Below are positions 25,601 through 40,074 of a DNA stretch of 64,000 nt, in pieces. The position numbers were made by a program, and so were the translations under genes. Each line of letters begins with the position of its first letter. The first letter of the stretch is position 1. The DNA is from Lama guanicoe (Eukaryota). The stretch is taken from positions 13,158,879-13,222,878 of the forward strand of contig MU053881.1 in the NCBI GenBank assembly GCA_013239625.1, written 5' to 3'. The notes below the pieces were generated by a model. It was not told the DNA's origin. It did not search any database and saw only the letters and a program-made list of their open reading frames with translations.

Positions 25601-28169
25601 TGTTTTCCTCATTGCTATTTGATGCCCTTTTCAGTCTCTGACATGCTTAAATTTGCATATCTGCAATGCCAAGTGCATTATTTTATGCAAATGCAAAAAT
25701 AAGAGGAATTCTTCAACTGCATCAAACACAGTGAAAGGAACCTTCAGCGAATCTGCATAAAGCAGTGTCTGTAGACTCAGTCTCTATCATCTCACATTTT
25801 TATACTTTAAAAAATTATTTAGTGTTTTTCATTTATTTGGGGGCAGCAGCTGGACAGGAGGGCTCAATTAATTACATCAGTCACAGTGATCAACATGTCT
25901 TCTAAACGTGGCCAAAGAGGAATTTCAAATGAATTAGGATACACGATATACTTGGATAAAAATTCATGTTGTCTTGACCTGGTTACTTTTGATAGATGGT
26001 CAAAATAAGATATTAGTCCTCAAAATTACTGTAAATAGAAGTCATGCCAGCCTTTTATTATGCTTCCTTTCTGATGAGACTTTTCTGCCAGTAACAAATT
26101 TATACAAATACACTGGTTCCAACAGTTTCTTATTTAAAGCCAGATTTGCACGGTGACCCACAGGTCCACTGAGCAAGTGAATAAATAGTATCTTATAAGC
26201 AACAAATGTGTTTCTGAAAAAGGAAAATACATTGTCACTAAATTGTTTCCCACTTGACTTTACTGCCCGATGTAAATGTAACTGCTGTCCCTACAGGTTA
26301 ACGTTTTGCGGACGCAGGAATATGGTGACCATATTAAGTGCTCTTACTTCATTGCATTGTCCCCATAAAATTAGCTATGATCAAGCTAAGGAATAACTTT
26401 TTTTTTTAATTAATTCATCCCTTTACCTCCCATGTCGGAGAGATGGAGTGGGGTAAAATCTGGGGATCTGGGTAAATAACTCTGTTGAACAGCCTTGAAC
26501 AAAGTACTTAGCCCTTATAAATTTAAGTTGCTTCATCTTCGTAACAGAAACGTAATACCTCTCTCAGAGACTCCTTGTGAGAAATAAAATGGTGCCATGC
26601 GCGAGGCACAGACACTAGAAAGTCATAAAAGCCCACTGTCCCTCCCCAGCACACAGCTCATCTACACTCCCGGCTCCATTTTAGCTCCGCAGGGGCAGGC
26701 AGCTAGTTCTTGCCGATGGAACATAAGCTGAAATGAACTGTGTCCCCTTGAAACCAAACAATTTTCTGCAGACTTCCCACGACTTCTCTACGTAACTCCT
26801 CTTCACCTCTTAAGCCTTGTCTCCCTGCCAGGCAATGTCAGAGCAATGTTGGAATTTAAAATTCCAATGTGGGATATTTAGATGTAGCCTCTGAATATTC
26901 CATTATATATACAATGTCCTATCGCTAACAACAGAACCGAGTGCGAAGCTCATTTTAAAGCCTAAAGGAGGTTAGTTTTGCATTTGACTTGTTTAGAAGA
27001 CACTGAAAATCTGACGAAGGAAAACATTACTATATAAAGTCGCTCCTACACTGGAACATGTATCATGTAACCTTCGTTACGTCGGAGGTTATAAAGAAGT
27101 CTAAGGACAAGGGCTTTAAAGAAGCAACAGGTCAAACGCATTCACTTCACAGATAAGGATTTTTCATCCCAGAAAGGGCGAGTGACTTCCCCGTGGCTGT
27201 TTCTGGCCCAGCTCTCTTTACATAAATCATACATCTTCATCCCCTGAAACCAAAGGTTTTTAAAATTTTTTTTCTAAATTGAAGCTTGAAATAAAATAAA
27301 AATATATTACAGTGAGGTCTTTCACTGATTTAACAAGATATCAGTTTGCTTTAAGTAGTTTGAAAATTGTATTATTGACCAAAATGGGCTCACAATTTAC
27401 CGACTCAAAAGTAACCAGACACTGCAGGGTCGGTGATGTGGCTGTTTTCTTCTCTCCTATCGTTTAGGTTTATTAATTGCTTTATTCTAACCTATTCAGT
27501 GGAAAAATTACCAGTAACTTACTTTCTTAAAAAAATTTCTCTTTTCTTTCCCTCTAAATAGTTCACCTCAGTGATGAGTAGTTTTACGTGTGTCTCCCTG
27601 GTTTGCCAAAGACGTATCAATTAAAACCCAGCCCGGAAGGTGGGAGCTACTTCTTTTTCTTCTATTTGGAGAATTATTTGACCAGTATGTATACACTTAT
27701 TTAGACAGAAGAGGTTGAACTGGAGCTTAGTATTAAGAAAAAAATTAGGCACAAAGATCTGAAGTAAGTACAGTGTATCCAAGAAACCTCAGGGAAGTTT
27801 GGTGGGAGAACATCGGTGAAGCTCTGACGCTCTAGGGTGGATTACATATATATATATATATTAGAAATCAAGCCAGGAACATGGACTTCATCCACAGAGC
27901 TGGCATTTCTAAATTTGTGGTCTACATGCCACTGTTGGAAAGCAAGTTGAAGTTTTAGTGGTGCACAGCCTTTTTAATATTTATGCACTTCTTGTAATAG
28001 AAATCAAGAAAATACAACTTGACATGGAATCTAAGCCAAAAAGACGGGTAGAAGACACAAAGGAAGGAAGAACTAGTTCATGTACATGGGAATGCCCCCA
28101 AATTTATGAAACACTTATGTTTACATTTCTAAAGATAATGTGGACTGTGGAATGGCTTTTCAGAATTAT

Positions 28170-28655
28170 CACGTTGATCATTTTGAAATATATAGAAATA
28201 CAAAGTCACTATGTTGTGTAACAGGAACTAACAGTGTTGTGGATCAATTACACTTCAAAAACAAACAACAGGCAAACTCACAGAAAAGGAGATCAGATTT
28301 ACAGTGAACTAGAGGCAAGGACTGGGGGAGGGAGAACTGGGTGAAGGTAGCCAAAAGGTACAAACTTCCGGTTATAAGTAACTAGTAGGCGTGTAATGTC
28401 CTACATGATAAATATAAGTAACACTGCTGTATGTTGTATATAAAAGTTAAGAGCAAAATCCTAAGAGTTCACATTACAAGGAAATGATTTTTTTCTATTT
28501 CTTTAATTTTGTATTTCTATGAGACCACTGATGTTCCCTAAACTTAATGTGGCAATCATTCACGATGTTTTCAAGTCAAATCGTTATGCAATATACCTCA
28601 AACTTACACAGTGCTGTCTGTCAATTACATCTCAATAAAACTAGAAGAAAAAAAG
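28170..28655 (+). mobile_element. L1 3'UTR fragment, older subfamily
   Basis: aaactcacagaaaaggagatcagattt...aaggtacaaacttccggttataag...aacttacacagtgctgtctgtcaattacatctcaataaaactagaagaaaaaa. Confidence 0.88.
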
Positions 28656-30354
28656 ACTGAATATTTTTCTTCTATAGGAAGAATATGTTTCTTTTAGATT
28701 CATAATAATGGCATTTCGATCTCAAGAATGTAGGTTCCCCTAAGAAACTCATTTGCCCGTCTTTATAGCTCACATTTCAGAAAGAGAACATGAAGGAACA
28801 AAGCTCTGCCTGATACCAAAAATCAGGTAGGTAATTTGGTGAACTGGCCATGGCAGTATGACTAGAAAAAAGCAAGTCGTCTACTTCAGAGTAAACGACG
28901 AGTCATGGAAAAATATAGAAGAGAATTCTGCATCGCTTATTTAATTGAAGAAAAATTTATGGTCTTATCCATGTAATTGTCACAAGCAATCCATCTTACA
29001 ATTAGCTACTAATCAACTCTCAGTGAGTCACGAGGCTCACAGCATCATGGGTGCAAAGATGATTACACGAAGCCTTCCACGGGGAGGTTTATGACTTACT
29101 GGCGTGAGGCGGCAGGTAAGAGGGACCCAAATGAGTGCCGAAACACTGCAAGGCAGAAATGATTTCATACAGTGGGTGACGATTCTGTGAGGGGAGTCTG
29201 ATGATGACGATTATGGTGGTCCCTCCCCCCACCACTCACCGAATCCTTCCTACACGTTAAGGCACAGTTTTTAAAGCACTTTTAACGGAGTATCTTCCTT
29301 GATCCTGAGAGTAGCCCTGTAACATTGGTGACACTGAGCTTACGTGTATCCAATAACGTATGCAAGCCAGTATTCAAACCTGAGCTGCCTGGCTCCAAGA
29401 CTGAACCATCTTAAAGTTTGTTCCAAGTTGTTGTGGCATTAAGATCTGTACAAGTCTCATGGACGAGAAGCTGTTTGTTTACGTTTTAAAGCCATAAAGA
29501 AGGCAGGGCTGAGCTGACAAGCCAAAAAGGAGACTGAAATTCAGTGCGTACATAGGACTGGCTATTTATATTCAGGAAATACTAACAGAGTGGTTCTGTT
29601 ACAAGCCGGGAAATCGTCGAAAACCAAGCTGGGAAGTTCCTGAGATCAGGGGCTTATATGTTAGGAACAGTAACTTGTGGTTCACCGAACCTCCTGAATT
29701 CTTGGCACATGAGGGAAGTTGTGGTTCAGGAGGACTCACTGGGCCACAGTGGGGATAAAGATAGTGTAGTGGGTAAGAGTGAGAGTCTGAAAGCAAACAG
29801 CCCAGCTGCCATGTCTGATCCCTGCAAGTAAATGAACCCTAGAAGTCCGTTCCTCGTCCACAGAGATACCCTCAGTTCTGATGACAGTGAAGATGACCAT
29901 GGTTGTGGGAATTAAAGTAGGTCCTTTATATAAAATGTTTGCTATGGGACATGTCGTTGGTGCTCAGTAAGTGCTAGCTTTTATGATTAATGTATCAAGG
30001 ACAGACTGTAGCAAAGAGACACTGACAGCAGGGACACAGCTTAATAGGCTACCTACACAGATGAGAACAGACAAAATCGTGAACTAGGACAGTGGCAGTG
30101 GCAACTGAAAAGAGGACAGTTACACAAGATATTTCAGAGGCATAAGTGCCTGGGTGATTCACTAGATGTGGGAGGCAGACATGTGACTCTCCGAGTGCTC
30201 ACGCCTGGCTCACTGGGACAATGATGGTGCTATTCCCAGATACACAGCAATCAGGAACAGAGGATGGTGTGAAGGACAAATCATGGGTCTGGAATCTGTT
30301 CTGATGTATTGACCACAGATTCAAAGTATTCTTTAAGTCGTATCAGTCTACCGC

Positions 30355-30848
30355 CCAGGCAATGTTTTTCTCAAGAGTGACACAGATACCAATGCCGATA
30401 AAGATGATTCAGGTGCCACACTGCAGGGTTATCACATAACACTGAATTATCCGGTGAGGAAGAAGATTCCTTCCTGTGACATGTTCCTTCTGTCCTTCTG
30501 TTGAAACCATGGAACGGCTGTACTTCGGTGCTAGCTGCACTTGCCCTGTTCTCTAGTATCTCTCTTTTTCAACATACTCAGAGTCTGGGGAACACAAATA
30601 TATACACTTAAAATTTAAGGACATTTATTTTTCATTCTATTTTTATATCAAATTTCTATTTATGTCAGATGCTTCTGCTTTTCCAATTACGGTCCTAACC
30701 TGAACTTCCCTTTAAAAGATTCACTTTCCTAATAACAATGAGTCCATGTAAACACCAAAAACACCACAGAACCTGCAAAACAATCACCACTTGCATAAAA
30801 CAAAGTCATGGAAGGCGGACTGGAACGGATGCAGGCTAGAAATCCCCG
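30355..30848. mobile_element. Ancient non-autonomous hAT-Charlie-like DNA transposon
   Basis: TIR-like ends (caatgtttttctcaa ... tagaaatccccg). Internal layout looks colinear with 57170-57655. Confidence 0.5.
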
Positions 30849-32499
30849 CGGTAAGTAAGCCAAAGTTTAGGCAACATTCTCTCCGAGTTGCGACAGAATT
30901 CTCAAAGGGAGATACATTTACTGTAAGCCTAGGAGAAAAACCACATTGTCATAACAGCCAAGATTCAAAAAGGCTAAAATTTTGATCTTCTGATAATCTC
31001 CCAAGAAAGCTGTTAATGTAACTTCCTTGTGGATGATTAATTAGTTACAGAACTACGCTTTGAAGATAAGAATGTCATCAGGAGTAAGACAAAAGATCAC
31101 GGAGAAATTCCGATCATTACAGCATCGACTATGACAAGAGTCAGGCTGCCTCTCGGCACCAGTGTTCCGTTCCAGTTTAGCCAGTTTCTCTTCACAGAGA
31201 CAACTGAAACGGTACCGCACACACAAAAACAGCCCGGCAAGAGCAGGGAGCGCAAGGAGGTCAGGGCGGGGGCTAACTACCACACTAAAATTCACGAGGA
31301 CTTGATACAGTCAGTGGTGCCACTCAGTATCCAGTCTGTTATCAATACAGTTCAGCTTCGATTTCTCTAGGAAGATTAATAGCCTTGTGAAAAGAAACCT
31401 TGATAAATATTCTTGCCAAGCTTTAACTAAGCAGATCATTTTCTTTTGGAAGTATCTCTCACTGGAGGGTAAATATGCTCTAGGTCATTCTCAAAATGAA
31501 ACCTTGGGGAGGGGGTGATGTTAGACGCTGCGATACAAAGCCAGCCCTTCCCTCACTACCATTTGGTTTTAACGTCACTCTGGATTCACATGACTAAACA
31601 GAGGATCTGCTAGTTACGAATTTGCAAGCTCTGTTTTAGGGTGCTGGAATAATTATGGAAATATGAATACACAACAGAATTTAATGCCCAATTTCTCATT
31701 CTGGAAGCATGTAGACTTAGAGATTATTTTTACATGTGTTCTTTCACAGACAGGAGACCAGTTCTAAGACAATCTTGAATCTTTTTGGGGGGACCAAAAG
31801 AAAGATTGTTTTAGCACTTGATGGTCAGGATTTCCAATGAATAAGAGAACATAAGGCCATGTTTTAAAAGTAGATTAGAGCATTTCTTTGATTTTCTTTC
31901 AGATTCTTTTTGCAACATAAGAGAGTTTTTGAAGAAATCTGAAAATGCCAAAAACAATGGCAGAGCCAGAGAACTCTTTGATTTAGAGGGTAGTGTTGAA
32001 GAAAGCAGAGCCTTAAATTTCCATTTCTGTATAGGTCCTTAATTTATTTCTCTCTGTACAATAGACCAAAGCCTTCCAAATTAGTCAACACACAAAAATA
32101 TGTCCTATGAATTCCAGGGGGGAAAAAAAGGCAGGTATGAGAGAATGAATCAACAGAAAACAGCTTCACTCATGGAAATAAATATAAAAAGGTATGTCTT
32201 GTTAAATGGTAAGCTGGGAACACAATGTTTACATTTGAAATTAGGATATATTTAAATTCACCTAACTTTAAAAAGGAGTAGCTGGAATAAGTTGTACGGA
32301 GTATGTACTCCACACTGCGGAAGGTTTGTACGAACCTGTAGCCACCCATGAGACAGACCTGGTCCAGAAATGTGTCTGACTTCCCCCGCACATGGTTTTT
32401 AAAATCAGTTCAACTAATACCATTAAAAATAATGATATACGATATACAAATACAGATTTTTAGTTTCCTGACCACATTAGGTCCCATGCATCCTTGGTC

Positions 32500-32735
32500 A
32501 GTATCATTATTAAGCACTACTTACCGGATGCTCACTCAGTGCCAGGTGTCATTCTCAGCGCCTTACCTTTTCATTCCCATACATCCAGAAGGCCGGTGAC
32601 GCAGACCCTTCTGTCCACACCGGCTATCTGGGAGAGCCAGTCCCCTGAGAAACTCAGTAGTTTCTTAAAATCTGTAGCTGGTACCTGATGGAGTTGGTAT
32701 GTGAGCCCAGGCCTGTCTGATACCAAAACCCAGTT
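32500..32735. mobile_element. MIR SINE
   Basis: cacttaccggatgctcactcagtgccagg...ggagttggtatgtgagcccaggcctgtctgataccaaaa. Confidence 0.65.
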
Positions 32736-33162
32736 CCTTATTCACAGACGGAGCCGGTTCAAAACGTTTCATCACTGAACAGAGGATTAGTCCATATCCA
32801 CTATGGTCACTTTTCTGCATTGTTTAAGAGTTAATTTTCCCCATGTGAGACATTAAATGCTGTTATTTCAATATATTATGAAACGTATTTCTTAAAAGAA
32901 ATATTACACCTGTGCCTGATAAGTATTTTCCCCTTTTTCAATAATTGCTTCTCATTTTTCCTTAACGGAAATTAAGCAAATTGTTCACTTACCCAATTTG
33001 AATCTGATTTGCTTTAAATTGATAGAGTCCATTTATATTTATACATTATACTAGAATACCATGATCACTTGTCTCTCATCAATTGAAACACTTCATTCAA
33101 TTTTCTGAATATTATTTGTTTTCTGAATCATACATACTGGAAATTAAACTGTGGAAGGGTCA

Positions 33163-33519
<357 letters not shown>

Positions 33520-35945
33520 TTAAAAGATCATGAGATCAGCATTACCCTTGAGAAGCTCTTAAATTACACAGAAGGCATAAGGCATACTCTGCATGGTGTT
33601 GTATACACTACATGCATCCTTTGCATTGTCTGGGGTAAAAGATAAAAAGTGGCCAGTATATAATTAATGGTACATATGCAAGATATTGTTTTATGATGAA
33701 AGAGTCTCAAAAGGGCAAGATTTTTGAGAGTCATGCAGAAACAGAAAATGATGGAAGAGGAGCAGACTCAAATCCGTCTCCAGGGCATGTCCTTGGAGTC
33801 GAAGATGATTGGGAAAAAATACCTCAACTGTTTATGCTCTCCCTCAATTTGTTGAGACTTCATTTTATACACAGAAATCTACAATTAAAGGCAGTAAGTG
33901 GAAATGTCAAGGGGAAGACACCAGTGAGGACTGCGGCTCAGTCATGTTCAGCCAAGAGAACAGGAAGCATTCATGAGAAAGAGATTACGCTGAAAATTAG
34001 CGATGATCAGTACCTTTTCCTAGCCATAATACCCTAGACAAGTTTCTTAATTTTTTTTCCTGAATTATTTGTTTCCTTATGGGGATGATGAGCATACTTA
34101 TTTCATGGAATTAATGGTCAATATATAGTTGTTGAATGGATAAACATTATTATTAAGTAACCTGTAGAATAAACTCAAGTAAGAAAGATAGGTATGTAGA
34201 TACATGGAAGGATGGATGGATGGACAGACAGATTGATTATAAAACTAGGAATCTACTCAACTGTTTGTCTTCTAATAACGCTATGGAAAGAAAAGTTTTG
34301 ATTATGGAGGCTGACTGACTTCTTGGAATAAAATCCTTTATGTTTCCTTCTCTTCTTGTGGTCTAATTCGTTGTCCGTTATGTTTTAATTAAGAAGAAAG
34401 AAAAAAAAAAAGAGTTCCCACATTGCTACAGGGCAGAGGATTTGGAGGCAGAAGACAAGATGTGGTGAAAACTGAGAAACAGAATGCTGATGTTAAGAAA
34501 CTTCCTATGGAGTACCTGTTGGTGACTGAACTGGTTTGACAGCAATAAGTAATATTCAGGTCAGTTTGGGTTCAGAAGACAACTGTCAATCAGTGACCCG
34601 ATGGCACAGAAACCACTCGTTCTTCAGTTCTAGCTGACTCAGCAGAAGAGCAGTGTCAGGTAGAAAATCAAAAGAAAAGAAACACAATCTCCTAAACCTT
34701 AGGGAAGCTTCCACTGAAAAATACTGTATTCTTGGATGAAGTAAAACATATGGAGTGAGATTTATCATGGGAATTTTTCTCAGTATATATAATGCACAAT
34801 GAATTTTCCCTTTGGTTGCCTGTGGAAATGATGTTTAGTGAAATTTGTGTTTGCTTTTCTCATTTTTTTCTTTTCATTGAAAGTACAGTTATTATGATTT
34901 AGTTGGCTCTCAGATTCTCCGTCACTCCCTTGCTGGGAAATTATATGTGTGTATATACGTGTGTGTGTATAATTTAAAATTCATAATTAGTTTTTCATTC
35001 TCCCTCGTACGCACAATTGACAGACCAGAAATGAGGAGGAGGTGAGCAATCTAACATGAATGTTGAACAAATGGTGAGGGGAACATGTGGGGGAAACTGA
35101 GGCTTGTTTCTGATTCAGGCAGGAGGTATCTGTGAAGGTTACTAAAGCTTAATTTGAGTTAGAATCACCACGGATCTTCTCGCTATCATCTATTTTCCGA
35201 TGATAATAATAATTAATAAAGTAATAGAGCTCCTGATTGAATCTCACTATGTGTGAGGTAGCGCCCAAACATTGTACATATATTATTACATCAACAAAAC
35301 AACATTTAGGTGAGGCAGGTCTTATCATCTCTTTTGGGCACCTGTGTTGTGGACTCGCTGAGAGACTTAGTAATCCGCTCAAGTCTAGAGTGATGGGATT
35401 GGATTGGAATTGGACCCACGTGGCACCAAAAATCAGTCTTTTGCTCACTGGTGGATACCTAGTTCTAGATATTACTAAAACTCCAGGTGGAGGGAGGTAA
35501 TTTTCAATTTTGTTTAACAGGTGTATCAAAATTGGAGTGAACAAACATTGTGGGATCTCTATGCTTTTTGATACATAAAGGGAGAAAGCAACGAGCAAAC
35601 ATACTGGTCCTCTGTTCTCCTGGGCCCATGTGGGAGCGGAGATGTGTAATGCACCATTGCCCCTTTCTGTTGATACCAGGCCTGGCTTTACAATCTTTCC
35701 TGACAAAGGGCTCCAGGCAACCACTGCCAATTTATTCAAAGTTTGCGCCCCAATGAAATCTATTTGTAACTCCTGATAAAATAGATCTTTTTCTTTTTTT
35801 AACGATGAAAAAGATTATCAAAATCTTCAAAGTCAACAACATCACTTACTGCAATTCTACATTCTCTGTAAGTCTCCCAATTAATTGATATTGCAATCAG
35901 AAAGGCGACTGGTGAGAGGAGTTGCAGAACATCAAATGAGCATTA

Positions 35946-36215
<270 letters not shown>

Positions 36216-39075
36216 TTAATGCAGTCCATTTATTTTCACAGACCAAACCATAGGATCTCACTGACCTCAACTCCATGTATTCAATATTTATGATCACCTT
36301 ATTTTGAGGGCAAAGTAACTGCACAAATGAGATTGCTCAGAATGCACTTAATGTACTTATTAGAACAAACTGTTTTAAGAACTTAAGCTCACTTGCTGTT
36401 TGCGTGTAAATGAATGCAGATAATTTTCCGATCTTATCTGCTAATTAAAGCAGAACCTTTTGTTTGTAAGTACTTGTTAGATGTTAGCTTTAAATTACTA
36501 TATGTGAGTTTAAAAATACCTGTGTTTCACAAATGGAGTGTTATGCATTCTTACAAAGGAACACTGTGAAACCATTGGATAGGATGTTACAGAGGAGACC
36601 AGTATCTTATGGCAATCCAGACATGTTAAATATGGATATAGAGACATATCAAAAAAATGTCTGCCAATGAGTCCCAATTCGTTTGTAGCTGGGGTGCTTA
36701 CTGAGATCTTCTGGATCCCAATATAGGCTGGGTTTCTAGGACAGAGAAAATATAAGTGAGTCCTAGATGTTTTGATCACCTTTGGGGAAGTATGAATATA
36801 CTGTAAAATTATAAAGGTGAGGGAGGGGTTGATGATTTTCCAAATTTCATATTTGTTAGCGACAGTTCTTATAATGTGCAGATATCAATCTAAAAGCAAT
36901 AAAAGTTATTTTACAAACTGTTTTATTTTGAAAGATTTTACAGCTTAGCATCATTTTTAATTGGGGAGATTTTACTTTTCTGTGATATAACAGAGCAATT
37001 ACTGATCTTAAAATGTAACTAATGATCACTGACTCCTTAGTTGTCCCCATGGCACTGGCTAAGGCGAGTTTAGTGTTATTATGGCTTTATTGTACTTGAA
37101 CTTGCCCAAAGTCACAAAGCTAGTGGCGTAGCTGAGATCTGAACCCAAGATTACGCCTCCAAAGCTAAATAATTATATGCTCTTCCAAAGAAAAGATTAG
37201 TTTTATTCATAAGTGAAACTTTAATTAAATTTGGTATTTTATTAGTATTTTTTCTCCAAATTAAACTGGAACTGTTAAAATTGAAAATAATGTAGACTGC
37301 AGATAGGTACATAGATATATGTCTATGCATATACATGCACATTCATAACTCATTATAGATAAGCCACAAGAATAAAATCATCTCTCTGTACAGATTAGCA
37401 ACTCATTCAAATCTTGGATGAATCTCATGAGTGACATTTTTGAGGTGGTTTCCATAATTAAATATTGTATAGTGATTCTGCAAGTTAATAGAAATGGAAA
37501 ACTGACTATCATATTAGAATGATAAAGGACTTCCGATAGTGTGACTTTACTTAGTACTTCAAACTAGACTGAGCTCTTATTTATTGGACAAACTTTGATT
37601 TCCACTGGATTCTAATTCCAGTCACTACCTTACTTCTAATTTAATAAAAACCCATGATGAAGTCAAAATATGGGTGATGAATTTCTTTTGTAATCGTGGC
37701 CATTTTTCCTACTCACTGATAGAACTGATGGCAGAGAGGATTTGGATCCAGTTTAAAGTATATTTTGTATTTTGGATATCACATACAGCATGAAATATAT
37801 GTCACAAGGCTATTTAACAGGAACCATTTTGAAGTTCCAGGTTCCTGGACACTAAGATCTAGAAGAATCATATTAGTCACACCTATTACTGAAAATATAT
37901 ACAAATAATTTAAGTATCTCCTTTGCTTACATTTTTTTTATTAGGCTCTATGTTAAGCACTTCACATATCACCCCACTTAGTCCTTATTACAACTCTGTG
38001 AGATAAGAATCATTAACTCTATTTTATAGCAATTTTAAAAATGAAAGGTAAATGTTTGCTTAGGTGTAGTACCAGAGAGTATCTTGGGCAGGGGACATGT
38101 CGTGGTGTGGGGGTGTCTTCTTTGGCAATAAATCTTCACCAATTTTCACCTAATTCCTCTAAATGAAAATGTAACCAAGTAAAAAACCCAAACTTCCTAA
38201 CCAAATAAAAATTTGAGATTCTTCTAGCACCAAGACCCCTGCTACCAGACAGCTGTCCCCAGTGCTGTACATCCCATGAGGCGCTGCCTCTCTTGCAGGA
38301 ATCCTGGAGAACTACTCTAACACAGACAGTCTGACATAGAGCTAATAAAGCCAGGTTTGCCTGATTCTTAAGTCTACGTACTATTATGTTGATTTAATAA
38401 TATGCTCTCACCAATGAGAAACTTAGATGTAAAAATATTTTAAATGCATGTAATCAGTAAGTGCTAATAAGATAATGGCATAAAGTAATTGAAGAAGAAA
38501 ACCTGTCAAACGTTACTTAATATTTAAGTTCAGAATAGACAAGAGGTCTCCTTCAAGTTTTCCCCAAAATCTCTCTTCCCAAAAGAGAAAAAAAAAAATT
38601 AAGTCAAACAGCCTATCACTGTAGTGAGTGCTGGGAGATGGAAGTCATTCTAGTTACTTGCCATTGTGAAGCTAGAAAGAGAAGGATGTGCAGGAATTTC
38701 CACATCAGAAATCCTCCGTTAGCAGTGGTTTCCTTGGAGACGGAAACACTCCCAAACATAAGAACCGGTGGTAAGGATGACTGACTGTGGGTTTAGTGTC
38801 CATATTTTAAAGTAACAGGACACACGCACATAAGCCAAGATTGGTGTAAAGGCCAGATGGTCTTACGAATGCAAGGGAAATTCCGTGTCCCTGTGAGAAA
38901 GCAGAGTTCTCACATCAGCCATAAACGAGGTTTTACCTTTGTCTAGTCCTTTGAATAGGCTCATTGACACCAGAAAGAAAAGCTAATTGCATAGCATCTC
39001 ATACTATTTAGATCAAGCGTGCCAGCTCTGACGCAGGCTTGACATCTTTTTTTCTTTTTGTTTTAAGAGACTATG

Positions 39076-39296
39076 ATTTGCAAATATTAACTATCTATAA
39101 CTAGATAAACAAGTTTCTTCTGTAGAGCACAGGGAACTATATTCAGTATCTTGTTGTAGCCTATAATGAAAAAAAGAATATGAAAACAAATAAATGTATG
39201 TGTATGTCTGACTGAAACATCAGGCTGTACACCAGAAATTGACACATTGTAAACTGACTATAAACTTCAATAAAAAAAAAAGATTTTAAAAAAAGA
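39076..39296 (+). mobile_element. Short young L1 3'-end fragment in intron 4
   Basis: gatttgcaaatattaactat...gcacagggaactatattcagtatcttg...tgtacaccagaaattgacacattgtaaactgactataaacttcaataaaa plus A-tail. Confidence 0.92.
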
Positions 39297-39337
39297 CGGG
39301 AAAATATGGTTGATCTTTGTTTCATCCCTAGCAATCA

Positions 39338-39616
<279 letters not shown>

Positions 39617-39866
39617 TTAATATAGCAGGACTGTATAATAGAGCATCTGTTTGGATTTTTCATTTATGTTCTCATGGCTAATACAAAAAGCAAAGCTACT
39701 CTGGCTTCAAATAGTCCAAAAGGAAGCAAAAGCTTTGCTAAGGAGACTCACCCATCCATCTTTCATAGACAAGACGATGATATTGTGAGAAAACAGACCT
39801 GTCTAAGTGATTTCTGGCAAAAGATCATCACCCTGATACAGCCGTTTGCATTCGGTATTTATAGAG

Positions 39867-40074
39867 CAGAGTTTCTCCTGTTATTCTGGGCCAGCTAACT
39901 CTCTGTTGTGAGGGCTGTCTTGTGTATTTTAGGATATTTGCTAAGTATTCCTAGCCTCTACCTACTGGGAACCAGTAGCACCAAACCCCACCCTCAATCG
40001 TGACAACTAAAATATTCCCAGACAGTGCCAATTGTCTCTTGAGGAAATCAACCACCCACATTCAGAATCACTGC
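39867..40074. mobile_element. MER20-like hAT DNA transposon
   Basis: cagagtttctc...tgttgtgagggctgtcttgtgtattttaggat...gtgacaactaaaatattcccagac...tcagaatcactg with TIR-like ends. Confidence 0.8.

Noticed and set aside
31260..31290. gtcagggcgggggctaactaccacac resembles 19320-19347 (both translate VRAGAN)
   Set aside because: Only about 28 nt at about 75% identity with no flanking similarity; likely chance.
35149..35739. 196-aa minus-strand ORF in intron 5, considered as an alternative exon
   Set aside because: Overlaps a MIR-like remnant and has no protein similarity or convincing splice sites. The extra intron 5 exon reported in human is, as I recall, Alu-derived and would have no counterpart here.
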